Shown: piece by piece, positions 6,122-7,721 of the stretch | How the letters are laid out: every line of letters begins with the position of its first letter | How positions within the stretch are numbered: the first letter of the stretch is position 1 | Source of the DNA: Candidatus Helarchaeota ASGARD archaeon Hel_GB_B | GTDB lineage: Archaea > Asgardarchaeota > Lokiarchaeia > Helarchaeales > HEL-GB-B | Direction of reading: 5' to 3' | Assembly (NCBI GenBank): GCA_005191425.1 | Contig: SUPR01000130.1 | Span: 1 to 7,721, forward strand | Length of the DNA stretch: 7,721 nt | Translations under genes and position numbers: made by a program | Notes under the pieces: generated by a model | What the model saw: only the letters and a program-made list of their open reading frames with translations | The model's database searches: none | Told to the model about the DNA's origin: nothing

Positions 6122-7024
6122 TCATTCCTGTAATTTTTTAGCGACATCAATAAAGGTATTAATGATCTTTTGGACCGAATTTTTAGTTTGCTCAATCTTT
6201 TCATTTACTGGTCTAATAGCGTCCTGGATTTTTTGAGTAATACTGTTTTCGAATTCAGTAAATTTTGAATTTATCTCATTTTTAAATGCACTATTTTGGT
6301 CTTTAAGTAAATTGATCTGTTCATCTGCAGATTTTTTAAAATTAGTCATTTCATTTTTTAGTTCTGTAATCTTATCTTCTAAGAACTTTTTGAGTTCAGA
6401 GGCTAGTTTTTCTCGCTCAGAAGACTCAAGTGATAACTGCTGCTCGAGATTTTTAACGAGATTTTTTGTGTCCTCAAATTCGTTTTTGATGTTATTTGCA
6501 ATTTCTTCCGTTTTCTCAATTCTGTCTTCAAACGAATTTACTCTACCCGATAATTTAGTCCGAGCCTCATTTTCAGAATCATGTTTTGCCTTTAAATCTG
6601 CATGCGCATTTTTTAATACTTCAAGCTCTTCTCTAAGGGCATTTAATTTACCTGAAAATGTATTGACTTTATCATTAATTGAATTCAAATTTTGAGAAAA
6701 TTCTGATATCTGCTTTTCAAATCTCTCAATATTTCCAGTATTAGAATCGATCTTTAAATCGTGTCCCGTTAACTGCTTTTTCATTTCATTAACTTGCTCG
6801 TCATAAACTTTCTTGAATTCCCTAATATCTGACTCTATATTAAGAATTTTACCGTTTAAACTGTCAATCCCAGATATGTTCTGATTTGTCTTCCCCGATA
6901 TCGTATTGATCTTCTCAAGCGCTGGGAACAACTCGTCCTTAATTTTGGCTATGTCTTTATTAATTGCTGAAATTTCAATTTCAATATCGTCAAATTTCCT
7001 TTTTATTATATTATCATCTGACAA
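6122..7024 (-). CDS. 300-aa soluble all-coiled-coil protein of unknown function
   Basis: TTG start with a GGAGAG RBS 6 nt upstream (7031-7036). A continuous heptad-like hydrophobic pattern, E/K/N/S-rich, with only two prolines (34, 272), no Cys or Trp, and no TM segment. Confidence 0.88.
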   Translation of the reverse strand: MSDDNIIKRKFDDIEIEISAINKDIAKIKDELFPALEKINTISGKTNQNISGIDSLNGKILNIESDIREFKKVYDEQVNEMKKQLTGHDLKIDSNTGNIERFEKQISEFSQNLNSINDKVNTFSGKLNALREELEVLKNAHADLKAKHDSENEARTKLSGRVNSFEDRIEKTEEIANNIKNEFEDTKNLVKNLEQQLSLESSEREKLASELKKFLEDKITELKNEMTNFKKSADEQINLLKDQNSAFKNEINSKFTEFENSITQKIQDAIRPVNEKIEQTKNSVQKIINTFIDVAKKLQE

Positions 7025-7030
7025 AATATT

Positions 7031-7036
7031 CTCTCC
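7031..7036 (-). promoter_or_regulatory. RBS (GGAGAG) supporting the TTG start of the coiled-coil gene
   Basis: The plus strand reads ctctcc at 7031-7036. Confidence 0.6.
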
Positions 7037-7061
7037 AAATCTTTGATCTAATTAAATATCT

Positions 7062-7721
7062 TTAAGTATTTAAATTTAATATTTTTTTTAAATCATATAA
7101 ATTAGCAACAGAACGCCCAAATGCACCAGCAATCCCGAGCGCTTTATCGTAATAATACTCGTTTGACTGAAATGCAATTGAATCCTTTAACCCTATCCTT
7201 ACATGATCCCCATTTACTATTGCAATCCTTGCTAACTTGTCCCAATACTGCCCTTCACACGCCACTATTATATCTACCTGTACCTCAACCATATTTTTAA
7301 TGACCGTGTAATTCTCAGGCGATGGCTCTAAATTTCCACTTCCCGAAAATTCAAATAACACTAATGGTCTATGCAAAAGTAAATTATTCTCTATTAAATA
7401 ATTTAAAAAATTTATATCGTCCGGTGTCGATATAATTGGCACCACTATCATCCCTTTTTTCTTCCAAACTTCTATACTCTCTAATATTTCTGAATGGTCT
7501 ATATTATACCTTTTCCCGTCCTTATAATAACTATTCACATAAAATGACACGACACTCCGATCAGGAAACGGGAACAATAACTCCTCTGATATTGAAAGAC
7601 TTTTGGACTTCACTTGAAAATAATTAATCATATATAATAAGTCCTGACACCTCTCCCTTAACTCGACCAACATGTCTCTATATCTCTTTATATACCCCTC
7701 ATTATCTCCCCCTCTATGTAG
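7062..7721 (-). CDS. Partial CDS (N-terminus probably outside the window): divergent BKACE/DUF849 (3-keto-5-aminohexanoate cleavage enzyme, Kce-like) TIM-barrel homologue
   Basis: The frame is open upstream of the track's ATG 7673 to the window edge, adding LHRGGDNEGYIKRYRD, which aligns to the HxH..R region of Kce. The C-terminal NGDHVRIGLKDSIAF ... GRSVANLYDLKKILNL matches the recalled Kce GGHIRCGFEDNIFY ... GRPLATPEQAREILAL. Confidence 0.8.
   Translation of the reverse strand, partial: LHRGGDNEGYIKRYRDMLVELRERCQDLLYMINYFQVKSKSLSISEELLFPFPDRSVVSFYVNSYYKDGKRYNIDHSEILESIEVWKKKGMIVVPIISTPDDINFLNYLIENNLLLHRPLVLFEFSGSGNLEPSPENYTVIKNMVEVQVDIIVACEGQYWDKLARIAIVNGDHVRIGLKDSIAFQSNEYYYDKALGIAGAFGRSVANLYDLKKILNLNT

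Noticed and set aside
6312-6695. 127-aa plus-strand ORF rich in F/S/L
   Set aside because: This is the typical antisense mirror of E/K-rich codons in the coiled-coil gene.
7436-7627. 63-aa plus-strand ORF
   Set aside because: It is antisense to the Kce-like gene and has no independent support.
7671-7673. ATG 7673 as the true start of the Kce-like gene
   Set aside because: The frame stays open to the window edge and the extra residues align to the HxH region of the family, so the real start is probably outside the window.

Overview
This is an AT-rich prokaryotic window that looks archaeal: oligo-T tracts follow stop codons, GGAG-type ribosome-binding sites are present, and the gene families are ones common in archaea. 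An Asgard/Loki-like origin is a guess only. From left to right it holds: (1) a minus-strand ORF running off the left edge and absent from the ORF track, whose N-terminus resembles the CARF domain of Csx1-type cyclic-oligoadenylate effectors; (2) a translationally coupled FixC-like flavoprotein and FixX-like 2x[4Fe-4S] ferredoxin with no adjacent etfAB/fixAB; (3) a divergent FAA-hydrolase family gene; (4) a 4-TM membrane protein with a C-terminal double zinc ribbon; (5) a calcineurin-like metallophosphoesterase; (6) a ~750 bp AT-rich intergenic region with several palindromes and repeats; (7) a ~102 aa hypothetical protein; (8) a 300 aa all-coiled-coil protein; and (9) just upstream of it, a BKACE/DUF849 (Kce-like) homologue that runs off the right edge and appears to have lost key active-site residues. 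I saw no CRISPR array, tRNA, rRNA or mobile element. All family comparisons are from recalled motifs, not database searches.
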